A DNA stretch of 64,000 nucleotides from Limisphaerales bacterium (GCA_052325505.1 JBKQUS010000136.1:67140-131139); one strand, 5' to 3'; counted from the first letter of the stretch, positions 9,082-19,265 are shown. Notes: generated from the letters alone by a model not told the origin. A program made the numbers and translations.

Positions 9082-10905
9082 ATGATTGAGTTCTGGCGAA
9101 AACTGTGGCAACTGACACGTCCTTACAAGGGACGATTCATTCTCGGATCCATTTTCGGCGTTCTGGGCGGCTTGGCCGATTCGGCGGTGCTGCTAACCGT
9201 GGCCTTTGTGGTCAGCGTGGTTTTTTCAGGGTTCCGGAACGAGGACATTGACAAACAGATTTCCAAGCTACACGAATACGTGCCCTGGCTGGCCGACGCT
9301 TTGGTGCAAGCCCAACAATGGCTGTCCGCCCATGTCAACGGCTCAAAAATCGGCCTGGTCCTGATGGTCAGCCTGATCCCGTTGGTCATGCTGGCGCGCG
9401 GCGTGTGCAATTATCTCAATAATTACCTCATGGGCTGGGTGGCCATTCGCGCGATCTGCGATCTGCGCGCCCGATTGTTCGAGCATCTGCTCAATCTGCC
9501 CCTCAGCTTCCTCTCCCGCAACAGCACGGGCGAATTGATGTCCCGCATCGGCGACGTCGGCGTCCTGCAAACCATGATTGCCGTCTCGCTGGTGACCCTC
9601 ATCACGCAACCGATCCGGCTGATTTCATTTGCCGTAATCCCCTTTGCCATCAACGCCAAACTGGCCGCCATGGCCCTGGTCACATTTCCGCTGTGCGTCA
9701 TCCCCGTCGTCATCTACAACCGGAAGGTGCGGCGGTCGGGGGCAGCCATACAGACCGAGGCGGCCAATTTGAGCAAGGTCATGCATGAAGCTTTCACCGG
9801 CAACCGCATCATCAAGGGCTACAACCTGGAAGAGGTGGTGGTGGAGCGGTTCAAGGCCAACCAAAAAAAGTTCATCGGCCATTTTATGCGCGTGGTCCGC
9901 TCCACCGAAACGCCCGGCCCCATTATTGAAGTCCTGGCCGCCTTCGGCGTGGCCATTTTATTGCTTTACCTTGCCGGGTCGGCCAGCCCCACCCAGTTCA
10001 TGGTGTTTATCGGCGCCCTCATGATGATGTACGGGCCGGTCAAGGCCATCATCCGCGTACAAAGCCAGTTGCACCAGGCGCGGGCGGCCACACAGCGGGT
10101 TTTTGAACTGCTGGTCACCCAAACCACTCTGACCGAAGCGCCCCGACCCGTGCCGCTCAAGGCGGTCGGCGCGGAAATTCAATTTGATAACGTCAGCTTC
10201 AGCTACGGCGACAAGCCTGTTCTGCGCCACATCCAATTGAGGGTCGAGCCGGGCCGAATGGTGGCCCTGGTGGGAAGCAGCGGTTCCGGCAAGACGACCC
10301 TGACCAACCTGCTGCTGCGCTTTTACGATCCGACCGAGGGCATCATCCGCATCGGCGGCATTGATCTGAGGCAGGTGGCCTTGCGCGATCTTCGTTCGCA
10401 AATCGCCGTGGTCACGCAGGAGGTCATTCTATTCAACGACACCATCCGCCAAAACATTGCCTACGGCCGCCCGGAAGCCGCCTTTGCGGAGATTGAAGAA
10501 GCAGCCCGCGGCGCGTTTGCCCACGATTTTATTCAGGGCAAGCCGCGGGGCTACGATTCGGTCGTGGGCGAAAAGGGAACCAATCTTTCCGGCGGCGAGC
10601 GGCAGCGCATCGCCATTGCCCGCGCCATATTGAAGAACGCCCCCATCCTGGTGCTGGACGAAGCGACCAGCTCGTTGGACAACGAATCGGAACGCATTGT
10701 CCAGGCTGCCTTGGATCAGTTGATGAAGGGGCGGACAACTATCTGCATCGCCCATCGTCTATCCACCATCCAACACGCGGACGTGATCGTGGTCTTGGAT
10801 CAAGGGGAAATTGCGGAGACGGGGCGCCACGGCGAATTACTGGCGCGCGGCGGCATTTACCAAAAGTTGCACATGCTCGGCTTCACCCCGGCCGAGGGGC
10901 AGTGA
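9082..10905 (+). CDS. msbA: Lipid A export ABC transporter (MsbA-like)
   Basis: TM domain, Walker A GSSGSGKT, LSGGERQR, ILVLDEATS, IAHRLSTI; inside an LPS cluster. Confidence 0.85.
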   Translation: MIEFWRKLWQLTRPYKGRFILGSIFGVLGGLADSAVLLTVAFVVSVVFSGFRNEDIDKQISKLHEYVPWLADALVQAQQWLSAHVNGSKIGLVLMVSLIPLVMLARGVCNYLNNYLMGWVAIRAICDLRARLFEHLLNLPLSFLSRNSTGELMSRIGDVGVLQTMIAVSLVTLITQPIRLISFAVIPFAINAKLAAMALVTFPLCVIPVVIYNRKVRRSGAAIQTEAANLSKVMHEAFTGNRIIKGYNLEEVVVERFKANQKKFIGHFMRVVRSTETPGPIIEVLAAFGVAILLLYLAGSASPTQFMVFIGALMMMYGPVKAIIRVQSQLHQARAATQRVFELLVTQTTLTEAPRPVPLKAVGAEIQFDNVSFSYGDKPVLRHIQLRVEPGRMVALVGSSGSGKTTLTNLLLRFYDPTEGIIRIGGIDLRQVALRDLRSQIAVVTQEVILFNDTIRQNIAYGRPEAAFAEIEEAARGAFAHDFIQGKPRGYDSVVGEKGTNLSGGERQRIAIARAILKNAPILVLDEATSSLDNESERIVQAALDQLMKGRTTICIAHRLSTIQHADVIVVLDQGEIAETGRHGELLARGGIYQKLHMLGFTPAEGQ

Positions 10906-10917
10906 GCGGAGCGACGG

Positions 10918-11139
10918 CTAGAACTCCGTGTAGTGGCCCGCTCGAATCGCGCCGATGGAGGCGTAGAAGTAATTCCTGGACGGTGATGGCACCGATAACG
11001 GCGTGGCAAAACTTGTTTCGCCACTGTTGGCGACAGGCTCGTTGTTCTTGACGGGCGGGGTCGGCGCGGTGACGGTGGTGGTGCTGGAATTACTTGGATT
11101 CTGAAGGCTTTTCTGGGTTTGCAAAGTCATGCTGCTCAT
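10918..11139 (-). CDS. Possible small hypothetical protein
   Basis: 73-codon ATG ORF filling the gap after msbA; S/T/P-rich N-terminus, aromatic C-terminus; no recognised family. Confidence 0.3.
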   Translation of the reverse strand: MSSMTLQTQKSLQNPSNSSTTTVTAPTPPVKNNEPVANSGETSFATPLSVPSPSRNYFYASIGAIRAGHYTEF

Positions 11140-11267
11140 ATTCTCGTGTTCATTTGTTTGCCATTCATTCTGCTACTCCCGGAGCAGCGGTGGCAATTGT
11201 ACAACTAATATCGGATGCAATGAGGCGGGACTTTAGAAAAAATATTCAATTTTTCGTATGTACTTGA

Positions 11268-11792
11268 TTACCAGCCTGGTGTATCACCGGCTCCAATTTG
11301 CCTCCAGTGATTTTGAGAGAGCAGGTCAGACCGCGGGCTGCTTGCGCGGGCAACTCCACAGTTAATCCCCCGGTCGGTCTGGGTAAATTTCAACCTGCCC
11401 CTGCAACCGAGCAGATCAACAAGCCGGATTCTGTTGGTGCGGACCTCGGCTGTTTTGGCCAGGGATTTCACGGCAACCTGGCCGTTGTCCGGCCAACCCA
11501 GCGCAATCGCGTACAGCGTCCTGCCTTTGGTCGTGAAGCGGATGTCATCGGCGGTGTAGCGAAAATTTTCACTGAACGCGCCGCCTTTGGCTTTCACCTC
11601 TCCCTCGCCATAAACCCGCCAGGGTCGTGTGCCGTAAATCGCCTCGCCGTTGATGGCCGTCCAGCCGGCCAATTCATGCAACATCGTCTCGACTTCGGGG
11701 TCGAGCGAGCCATCCGGGCGAAGCACGACGTTGAGCAGCAGGTTGCCGTTCTTGCTCACGATGTCCACCAACATGTCCACCGTCCAACTCAA
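11268..11792 (-). pseudogene. Alpha-L-fucosidase (GH29) C-terminal fragment
   Basis: LVDIVSKNGNLLLN...NGEAIYGTRPW...DIRFT; N-terminal catalytic part missing; apparent frameshift near the C-run at about 11367-11371 (GLTVELP...SLKITG continues in another frame). Confidence 0.85.
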
Positions 11793-12609
11793 CGACTGGT
11801 ACTTCCAGTGCCAGGAAGGCGGGCGGCGTTGACGGTGAAGTCAGTGTTCCCCATAGTAACGCTGAGGCCGGGGTGCTTGACGCGTATTTCAGCCGCAAGT
11901 TCACGCCCAAAGCGCCATGGGGGGACACTTGCTCAATGCGGAGAGGCGAAGAGAAGGACGCGGGGATGGCCGGGGCAACCCGGACAATAACCCCGGACAA
12001 AGCCAGCAGGTATTGGAACGAACCAAGAAGTGGCTGATAGCCCACGGATTGACGCTCAACGAAAAGAAAACCCGCGTGGGGGACATCCGCCAGGAGGGGT
12101 AGTGTTCTGGGTTTCAATCTGACTGGGCGGCGGTCACCACGAGGGAAAATCTACCTGCACGTCGAGCCCAGTCAAAAAAGTCGGCGGGTCTTGCGCGAAA
12201 GCTTGGGGGAAATCTTTAATCCCAGACGCAATGGGAAGCCGTTGCGGAAGTGGTTAAGAAAGCCAACCAAGTCCTGCGCGGATGGGCCGGATACTTTCAC
12301 TACGGCAACAGCACGGAAGTGATGAATCAGATGCAGCGGTACAGCCAGAATCGGATGCGCCGATGGCTCTGGCGCAACCACAACTGTCGCTGGGCACTGT
12401 AGGGAACAGAGGCAGCGGATTGGTTGCACCGGAAATGTGGGCTTTATGAACTGCCGCTCACGGCGGCTTGGAGGGCAATCTGATGAATGAGTTCGGAGAG
12501 CCGAATATGGGAAATCCGTCCGTTCGGTTCGATGAGGGGCGGAATGGGAATGTGGTACTGACAACTATGGTCTGTTCAAACCGCCTCTTTCCCACTCCGC
12601 CTACTCTAC
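11790..12609 (+). mobile_element. Degenerate, 5'-truncated group II intron (RT/maturase fragments plus domains V and VI)
   Basis: GLTLNEKKTR, VLGF, NQVLRGWAGYFHYGNS...RMRRWL in shifted frames with stops; DV GAGCCGAATATGGGAAATCCGTCCGTTCGGTTC at 12498-12530; 3' end CCTACTCTAC at 12609; left boundary approximate. Confidence 0.9.
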
Positions 12610-12712
12610 TGAAAAAATTTCTGAAAAAGTTGGACAATCGCCGGCTTCCCCCGGCACGTAACCGATGGTTGTTGACACCCGGCTCTGTTTCTATTTCTGT
12701 CTTGGGTCATTG

Positions 12713-14059
12713 GTGAAAAAACTTTCTTTCAAATCCATCGAAGGCTCTGTCACGGCCCCGCGGGGGTTTCTGGCCGCGGGTGCGTTTTGCGACATCAAAA
12801 AGCTCGGCACGGGCAAGGGGTCGAACAAAGGCCAAAAACGCGACCTGGCCCTGATTGTTTCGGACCGACCGGCCGCCGTGGCGGGCACGTTTACCACAAA
12901 CCAGGTCTGCGCCGCGCCGGTCAAATTGTGCGTGGCGCGGGTCAAACGCGGGCGCGCCCAAGCCGTGGTGGCCAATTCCGGCAACGCCAACGCCTGTACC
13001 GGCCGCCAGGGCTTTCTCGATGCCGAAGCCATGGCCCAAATGACCGCCTCTGCACTGGCTTCATCGGGCGCCTGCAAAATTTCACCTATCGACGTCCTGG
13101 TGGCATCCACTGGCCGCATTGGTGTCCCGCTGCCCATGACCAACGTCAAAAAAGGCATCTTCGAAGCCACCCGCATCCTTCAAGCCACCCCCGATCACGC
13201 TCACCACGCCGCCGAAGCCATCATGACCAGCGACACCCAGTCAAAGGAGATCGCGGTTGAATTTCAGCTCGGTCGCAAAACGGCGCGGCTCGGCGGCATT
13301 TGCAAAGGCGCCGGCATGATCCAGCCGGGCATGAGTCCCACGGGCGCGCGGCCCGCCTTGCGCTCCCTGCACGCCACCATGCTCTGCTTTTTGACCACCG
13401 ACGCCACCATCGAGGCAAAGACCTTGCAGGCCGCCTTGAATCACTCCGTCGCAAAAAGCTTCAACCGCATCACCGTCGATGGCGACATGAGCACCAACGA
13501 CACCGTGCTCGTTTTGGCCAACAGCCGGGCGGGCAATCCCGCCCTCACCGCCCGCTCGTCCGACTTGGGGATCTTTCAGGCCGCTTTGGACCATGTCACG
13601 CTGGAACTGGCCAAAAAAATTGTGCTTGACGGAGAAGGTGTGTCGCGCTTCATCACCGTGCGGTTGCAGGGCGCGAAAACCGGGGCCGACGCCGATGCCG
13701 CGGCCCGCTCCGTGGCCAACAGCCTGCTCGTCAAAACCAGTTGGTGCGGCGGCGACCCGAATTGGGGCCGCATCCTTTGCGCGCTCGGTTACTCCTCCGC
13801 CGGGGTGGTTGAAACCGGTGTCGATGTGGGTTACAGCCTGCCCGGCAGCCCGGAAATTCTTTACTCGCTCAAATGGGGCCGCCCCACCAGCGTCACCTTC
13901 AGGGCCTTGTGCCGGATCACGACCGCAAAGGAGTTCGACCTCCATATTCACCTGCACCAGGGCAACGCCCGCGCCTGGATGTATTCCGGCGACCTGACCG
14001 AGGCCTACGTCGATTTCAACAAAGGCGACATCACTGATCCGTCATCATTGGGCGGGTGA
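12713..14059 (+). CDS. argJ: Bifunctional ornithine acetyltransferase/N-acetylglutamate synthase
   Basis: NSGNANACTG, KGAGMI...ATML, VDGDMSTNDT, DPNWGRI; GTG start at 12713 inferred. Confidence 0.95.
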   Translation: MKKLSFKSIEGSVTAPRGFLAAGAFCDIKKLGTGKGSNKGQKRDLALIVSDRPAAVAGTFTTNQVCAAPVKLCVARVKRGRAQAVVANSGNANACTGRQGFLDAEAMAQMTASALASSGACKISPIDVLVASTGRIGVPLPMTNVKKGIFEATRILQATPDHAHHAAEAIMTSDTQSKEIAVEFQLGRKTARLGGICKGAGMIQPGMSPTGARPALRSLHATMLCFLTTDATIEAKTLQAALNHSVAKSFNRITVDGDMSTNDTVLVLANSRAGNPALTARSSDLGIFQAALDHVTLELAKKIVLDGEGVSRFITVRLQGAKTGADADAAARSVANSLLVKTSWCGGDPNWGRILCALGYSSAGVVETGVDVGYSLPGSPEILYSLKWGRPTSVTFRALCRITTAKEFDLHIHLHQGNARAWMYSGDLTEAYVDFNKGDITDPSSLGG

Positions 14060-14077
14060 CATTCACAATCCAGATCT

Positions 14078-14953
14078 ATGAAATCCTTGATCTCCAAAGC
14101 CGACGTGTTGTTGGAAGCGCTGCCCTACTTGCAACGGTTCCGGTGCAGCACGTTCGTCATCAAATACGGCGGCAGCTTCATGGATTCCCCCGACTCGTCA
14201 GGCCGTGACGGCGTGGCGCTGGACATCGTATTCCTGTCGGCGGCGGGCATCCATCCCGTGGTAGTGCATGGCGGCGGCAAAGCCATCACCCGCGCCATGG
14301 AAAAAGCCGGCCTGAAAACCAGCTTCATCCAGGGCCTGCGCGTGACTGACGAACCCGCCGCACGGGTCGTCGAACAGGTTCTCTCCCGCGAGATCAATCC
14401 GGAGATCGTTGAAACCATCGCCCAACAAGGCGGCCGGGCCAGGGGCTTTTCCGGCACCGACATTTTCACCTGCCGCAAAATGCTGCTCACCGGACCGCAA
14501 GGCAAACAGTTGGACGCGGGATTTGTCGGCGACGTCACCGGCGTCAACATCGAGCCGTTGCTGGATTGCCTCCGCAACGGCGTCATCCCGGTCGTCAGTC
14601 CCACCGCGCTTGGCGCGGACGGCAAACCCTACAACTGCAACGCGGACTCTGCCGCGGCGCAGGCGGCCATCGCCCTCAAAGCGCGCCGCCTGGTGTTTAT
14701 GAGCGACGTGCCCGGCCTGCTGCGCGACCCCAAAGACCCGGCCACCGTCATCCCCCACTTGCGCATCGGCGAAGTGGACGCCCTGAAAAAATCCGGAATC
14801 ATTGACAAAGGCATGATTCCGAAAGTGGACGGCGCCCTGGCCGCCGTGAGAGCCGGCGTCGAGAAAGTCTCCTTTGTGGATGGCCGCTTGTCCCACGCCG
14901 TGCTCCTGGAAATCTTCACAAAGAAGGGCGTCGGAACCGAGGTCGTCTTGTGA
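14078..14953 (+). CDS. argB: Acetylglutamate kinase
   Basis: EALPY, VIKYGG, VHGGG, NAD, GMIPK, LLEIFT..GVGT. Confidence 0.96.
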   Translation: MKSLISKADVLLEALPYLQRFRCSTFVIKYGGSFMDSPDSSGRDGVALDIVFLSAAGIHPVVVHGGGKAITRAMEKAGLKTSFIQGLRVTDEPAARVVEQVLSREINPEIVETIAQQGGRARGFSGTDIFTCRKMLLTGPQGKQLDAGFVGDVTGVNIEPLLDCLRNGVIPVVSPTALGADGKPYNCNADSAAAQAAIALKARRLVFMSDVPGLLRDPKDPATVIPHLRIGEVDALKKSGIIDKGMIPKVDGALAAVRAGVEKVSFVDGRLSHAVLLEIFTKKGVGTEVVL

Positions 14954-15011
14954 CTTCGGAAAACTCATTTGCCGCTTGAACCCAGCGGGTTGTGCCGGTA
15001 TTGTGTAAACC

Positions 15012-16049
15012 ATGATTGAGGAACTGGTTGACGTAGATTGCCAGACACGGATTTCCGAGCTGGCGCGGCACGTTATTAACGGCGGCGAAATCTCCCGCCA
15101 CGAGGCGCTGTGGCTCTTCGACGTGGAGGGATCGGCCGATATCCTAGACGTGATGGCGGGGGCCAACCGCATCCGGCAGCATTTCAAGGGCAACAAGATC
15201 CACCTCTGCTCCATCGTCAACGCCAAAGCGGGGGCCTGCTCGGAGAATTGTAGCTTTTGCGCGCAATCGTCCTTTTACCAGACCGGCTCGCCCAAGTACG
15301 GTTTCATTGATCCGGAGCCGGTGCAGGAAGCGGCGGACGAAGCGGAGCGCAACGGCGTCACGGCGGTGGGATTGGTCGCGGCCTGGCGCGGACTGAAGGA
15401 AGGGCCGATGCTGGATGAGATCTGCGACCGCGTCCGCGAACTGTCCAAGAGCGGCAAGACGCGGCCTGACGTTTCGCTGGGCATCATTCAAAGCCAGCGG
15501 GTGGCGGATCGTTTGAAGGAGGCGGGAGTGGAATGTTACGGGCATAATCTGGAAACTTCGAAGCGGTTTTTCCCCAGCCAATGCAGTACGCACAGCTACG
15601 ACGACCGGCTCCAGACGATTTCCCATTTGAAACGGGCCGGAATCAAAATCTGTTCCGGCGGCATTATCGGCATGGGCGAAACGCGCGAAGACCGCTGCGA
15701 GCTGGCTTTCGCCTTGAAGGAAGTCGGGGCCAATGTCGTGCCCATCAACATTCTCAACCCCATTAAGGGCACGCCTTTCGAAAATGTGCCACCGCTCGCG
15801 CCGTTGGAGATTCTCAAGACCATTTCCTGTTTCCGCTTCATCCTGCCGCGCCAGGAAATCATGGTCGCGGGAGGCCGCACGGTCAATCTGCGCGACATGC
15901 AAAGCATGGTCTTTCATGCCGGCGCCAGCGCCCTCATGGTCGGAAACTATTTGACAACGCTCAATCAGCCGGTGGAACGGGATTTGCAGATGATCAAGGA
16001 CCTGGGCCTGGACCCCGATTGGGACAAGCACGGTTTTTCCGATCAATAG
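15012..16049 (+). CDS. bioB: Biotin synthase
   Basis: Radical SAM CSENCSFC, HNLETS, CSGGIIGMGE, VPINIL, GNYLTT. Confidence 0.95.
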   Translation: MIEELVDVDCQTRISELARHVINGGEISRHEALWLFDVEGSADILDVMAGANRIRQHFKGNKIHLCSIVNAKAGACSENCSFCAQSSFYQTGSPKYGFIDPEPVQEAADEAERNGVTAVGLVAAWRGLKEGPMLDEICDRVRELSKSGKTRPDVSLGIIQSQRVADRLKEAGVECYGHNLETSKRFFPSQCSTHSYDDRLQTISHLKRAGIKICSGGIIGMGETREDRCELAFALKEVGANVVPINILNPIKGTPFENVPPLAPLEILKTISCFRFILPRQEIMVAGGRTVNLRDMQSMVFHAGASALMVGNYLTTLNQPVERDLQMIKDLGLDPDWDKHGFSDQ

Positions 16050-16051
16050 CA

Positions 16052-16834
16052 GTGGAGCGCCTGGGTAAAAACATCGGCGGCTATCGCGGCGAGACCCTCG
16101 ACCTCCCCATGGTCCTGCGCGAAATGGAAAAAGCCGCCGGCGCGAAGAATTGGGTCGGCGACATTGTCCCTCTTGCCTCCGAACCCGCGGCCCAACCCTT
16201 GAACTTCGTCGCCTGGCGGCGCTTGATGGAGTCCGCCCCCAAGCGTCTTTATCTATCCGCCGGAATACATGGCGACGAACCGGCCGGTCCGCTGGCCGCT
16301 TTGCAACTGCTTCAGGAGGACCTCTGGCCGGCGGACATGGCGATCTGGTTTTGCCCCTGTTTGAACCCGACCGGTTTTCTGCTGAATCGGCGCGAGAATT
16401 CTCAAGGCATTGATCTCAACCGCGACTACCGCCATTTGCAGAGCGCGGAAACTCGCGCCCACGTGCATTGGCTGGAACAGCAGCCGGACTTCGATCTGTC
16501 ACTTTGTTTGCATGAGGATTGGGAATCGCACGGCTTTTACCTCTATGAGCTGAATCCCGATCAACGGGCCTCCCTCGCTGGCGGAATTGTCGAGGCGGTG
16601 TCGGAAGTGTGTCCGATCGAGCGGGCGCCGTTGATTGACACTTGGCCGGCGGAAAATGGCATCATCCGGCCCCACGTCAATCCCGCCGAGCGTCCGCAAT
16701 GGCCCGAATCGCTCCATCTCATCACCCACAAGACCCGCCAGAGCTACACCTTTGAAGTTCCGTCGGATTTTCCTTTGCCGGTGCGCGTGGCGGCGCTGGT
16801 CGCCGCTGTGCGCGCCGCATTGCGGGCGCTTTGA
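16052..16834 (+). CDS. M14-like metallopeptidase / succinylglutamate desuccinylase family protein
   Basis: GIHGDEPAG, NRREN...DLNRDY, LHED, terminal FE motif. Confidence 0.85.
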   Translation: MERLGKNIGGYRGETLDLPMVLREMEKAAGAKNWVGDIVPLASEPAAQPLNFVAWRRLMESAPKRLYLSAGIHGDEPAGPLAALQLLQEDLWPADMAIWFCPCLNPTGFLLNRRENSQGIDLNRDYRHLQSAETRAHVHWLEQQPDFDLSLCLHEDWESHGFYLYELNPDQRASLAGGIVEAVSEVCPIERAPLIDTWPAENGIIRPHVNPAERPQWPESLHLITHKTRQSYTFEVPSDFPLPVRVAALVAAVRAALRAL

Positions 16835-16856
16835 ACACTCTGACAACCGGGCACGG

Positions 16857-17291
16857 TCAATCGTGCGCGATGTCGCCGGGCTGCGGCGCTTTATCGCCCG
16901 GATGGCGGGGAAAGTGTTGCGCCAGAAGTTTTCCCGCGCGCCGCACGCCATGGAGAATTCCCCCGGTAAATTCACCCTTGCCAAAATAGCCCGACATTTC
17001 CTGCGTGACTTCCTTCCAGAACTCATCACCGCACTGCGCATGAACCGCGCTGTCGCCAATGACGGCGAACTTCCTGACGCGCGGAGCGACGAACAGCAAG
17101 ACACCGTTTTGTTCCTCATTCTTGTGCATCTTCAGGTGATGGAAAACCTTTTCCGCGGCGGCCACCGCATCTTCCGGCTCCTTGCGGCTGATGAAGACGC
17201 GGATCTCGCCGCGCATTTTGGCCTCGGTGTCGGCAATCGTCTTGACGATGGCGTCGTGCTCAAGCTGGTTTAAAAATTCGCGCGCTTTCAT
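16857..17291 (-). CDS. TPM-domain protein (short form)
   Basis: AE...GEIRVFI, NGVLLFVA..RKFAVIGD, FW motif; third gene of the LemA operon; start at MKAREFL. Confidence 0.85.
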   Translation of the reverse strand: MKAREFLNQLEHDAIVKTIADTEAKMRGEIRVFISRKEPEDAVAAAEKVFHHLKMHKNEEQNGVLLFVAPRVRKFAVIGDSAVHAQCGDEFWKEVTQEMSGYFGKGEFTGGILHGVRRAGKLLAQHFPRHPGDKAPQPGDIAHD

Positions 17292-17292
17292 A

Positions 17293-18057
17293 TCACCAAC
17301 TTGACCCGGCGCCTCCCCCGCCAAAGCTGCCGCCGCCGCCAGAGAAACCTCCGCCGCCTCCCGAGAATCCTCCACCGCCTCCACCTCCCCAGCCACCGCC
17401 GGAATAGCCTCCCCAACCACCGCTGCCGATCACCCAGCCATGTCTTGTGGAGCTGCGAGAGAGAATAACCAGCAAAATGAACAAGCCTGGGACAAGCCAG
17501 ACCATCATCCCGGAGTTTGGCCCGGTCTGGCGGTGCTTTTACTCGTAAACTGTGGTTCCGGTTCCTTTATATTCATGCCGGGTCGCGGCGAGAATGGCGT
17601 TGACCCCGGCAGTCAAGCCTCCGGCGTAGTCCCCCGCCTTGAAACGCGGCTTGATCTCATACTCGGTGATTTGTTTGCAAATCGCGTCAGGCAGCGTCCC
17701 TTCCAAACCGTACCCCACTTGGATGAACATCTTCCTGTCCGCAATGAAAACGAACAATACCGCCCCGTTGTTCTTTTCCTTTTGACCCACCTTCCACGAG
17801 CGCGCCACGCGGATCGTATAATCATCAATGGAAGAATCCGATTGAATCTTCGGATAGATTGCCACCAGCACTTGATTGCCGGTCGAGCGCTCAAAGTTTT
17901 CCAACTGCGTATTGAACTGGTCCGCGGTGGCAGCGTTCACGACCTGCGCGTAATCATTGAAGTAACGCGCGGGCGCAGGCGGAATCACTTCGTCCGCAAC
18001 GGCCGAGAGACACCAAATCCAAATGATAATGAAACCAAAACGGCTCATGGCGGTCAT
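17293..18057 (-). pseudogene. TPM-domain protein with TM helix and Gly-rich tail, interrupted by one in-frame TAA
   Basis: WKVGQKEKNNGAVLFV...VGYGLEG; TAA at 17539-17541 followed in the same frame by KHRQTGPNSGMMVWLV...GGGSFGGGGAGSSW. Confidence 0.85.
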
Positions 18058-18701
18058 GGTTTGGCGGGCGCAGGCGCGGGCGTCGTGGCATTGAAATCAA
18101 ACTGCACCTTGGGCGCTGTTTCCGCTCCGGCTGCGGCTGAGAAATAGGGCTTCTCATGGAAGCCCAATGCGCCCGCATAAAAGACGGCGGGAAAGGACTT
18201 GATCGCGGTGTCGTAAGCTTGCACGGCATTATTGAAGTCGCGCCGGGAGACGGCGATGCGGTTCTCCGTTCCTTCCAACTGGGCCTGGAGGGTGACGAAA
18301 TTGCCCGTGGCTTTCAGATCAGGATAGCGCTCCACGACCACCAGCAGGCGTGAGAGTGCCGAGGAAAGCTGGGATTGCGCCTGATCGAATTCGGCCAGCT
18401 TGGCGGGGTCATTGGGGGCGACATTCGGATTGATGTTGACCTTGCCCACCGAAGCGCGCGCCTCGGTGATTTGCGTCAGGGTGGATTTTTCAAAATTGGC
18501 CGCGCCGGACACCGTGGCCACCAAGTTCGGAATCAGGTCTGCGCGGCGCTGATAGTCGGTTTGCACTGTAGCCCACGAACTGTCCACCGCCTGCGACAGG
18601 CGCACCAAACGATTATAGCTCCCGCCCGCAATGGCGATAATTACCAGGACGATGATGCCCAGAACGACAAGAACACCGCAGCCAATGGCAAGTTTTTTCA
18701 T
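18054..18701 (-). CDS. lemA: LemA family protein
   Basis: YQRRADLIPNLV, ERYPDLKA, QLEGTENRI, YF; N-terminal TM helix. Confidence 0.95.
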   Translation of the reverse strand: MKKLAIGCGVLVVLGIIVLVIIAIAGGSYNRLVRLSQAVDSSWATVQTDYQRRADLIPNLVATVSGAANFEKSTLTQITEARASVGKVNINPNVAPNDPAKLAEFDQAQSQLSSALSRLLVVVERYPDLKATGNFVTLQAQLEGTENRIAVSRRDFNNAVQAYDTAIKSFPAVFYAGALGFHEKPYFSAAAGAETAPKVQFDFNATTPAPAPAKP

Positions 18702-18847
18702 AGAATCCTATTCCTGCTCGTAATCCTAACCCAAATCTTCCGGGGGACAATTACAATGGGGGGAGGAATTTGTAAAGAGGCGCCGCGACCTGACAAGGCG
18801 ACCGGGCGCAAATCGGCTTTTGGCGGCAATAAAAAATGTTTCAATAT

Positions 18848-18897
18848 GGTGCGATTAGGCCGGATTAGATGCGAGCAGGTGCGATTTAGTGCAATTT
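18848..18897. repeat. Five-unit degenerate 10-bp tandem repeat
   Basis: GGTGCGATTA/GGCCGGATTA/GATGCGAGCA/GGTGCGATTT/AGTGCAATTT. Confidence 0.75.
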
Positions 18898-19181
18898 TTT
18901 GACCGGTTCTTTGCATTGCGCAGGGCCACCGGCTCTTGCGGGAGAATCTAAAATTTGAAATTGGAGATTTCATGATTCTTTTTTTGGTTTGAATTTGAAA
19001 CGGCCTGAATCACCCTGAATTCGGCAGTACAATTAAAGACTGAGACCGCACAGCGGATTGTAGCCCGTCTTGGGGCTGACTCCATATTCCTGACACAAAG
19101 CACGACAGCTCTCCGTGTGCAGCGACTTCAATGCAAACTTGACCCGTTGAGCCATAGGTTGACTCTCTTTCCAAAGCATCC

Positions 19182-19265
19182 GGGAGCCTGCCGGCTCCCA
19201 ACGCCTCTTTTAAGTGTTACCTATGTATTGAACCAGATGTGTTACCCATGTTCTGAACCTGCACC
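19182..19265. mobile_element. Isolated IS481-like terminal sequence (no transposase)
   Basis: Direct repeats GTGTTACCTATGTATTGAACC (19214-19234) and GTGTTACCCATGTTCTGAACC (19239-19259), 18/21 identical, preceded by hairpin GGGAGCC-TGCC-GGCTCCC. Confidence 0.55.

Noticed and set aside
11917-12420. Reverse transcriptase as a retron, DGR or defence RT
   Set aside because: Maturase motif plus domains V and VI identify a group II intron; the ORF is broken and no YADD is visible
17293-17440. GGC/GGA-rich low-complexity tract
   Set aside because: Encodes the normal Gly-rich tail of the TPM protein
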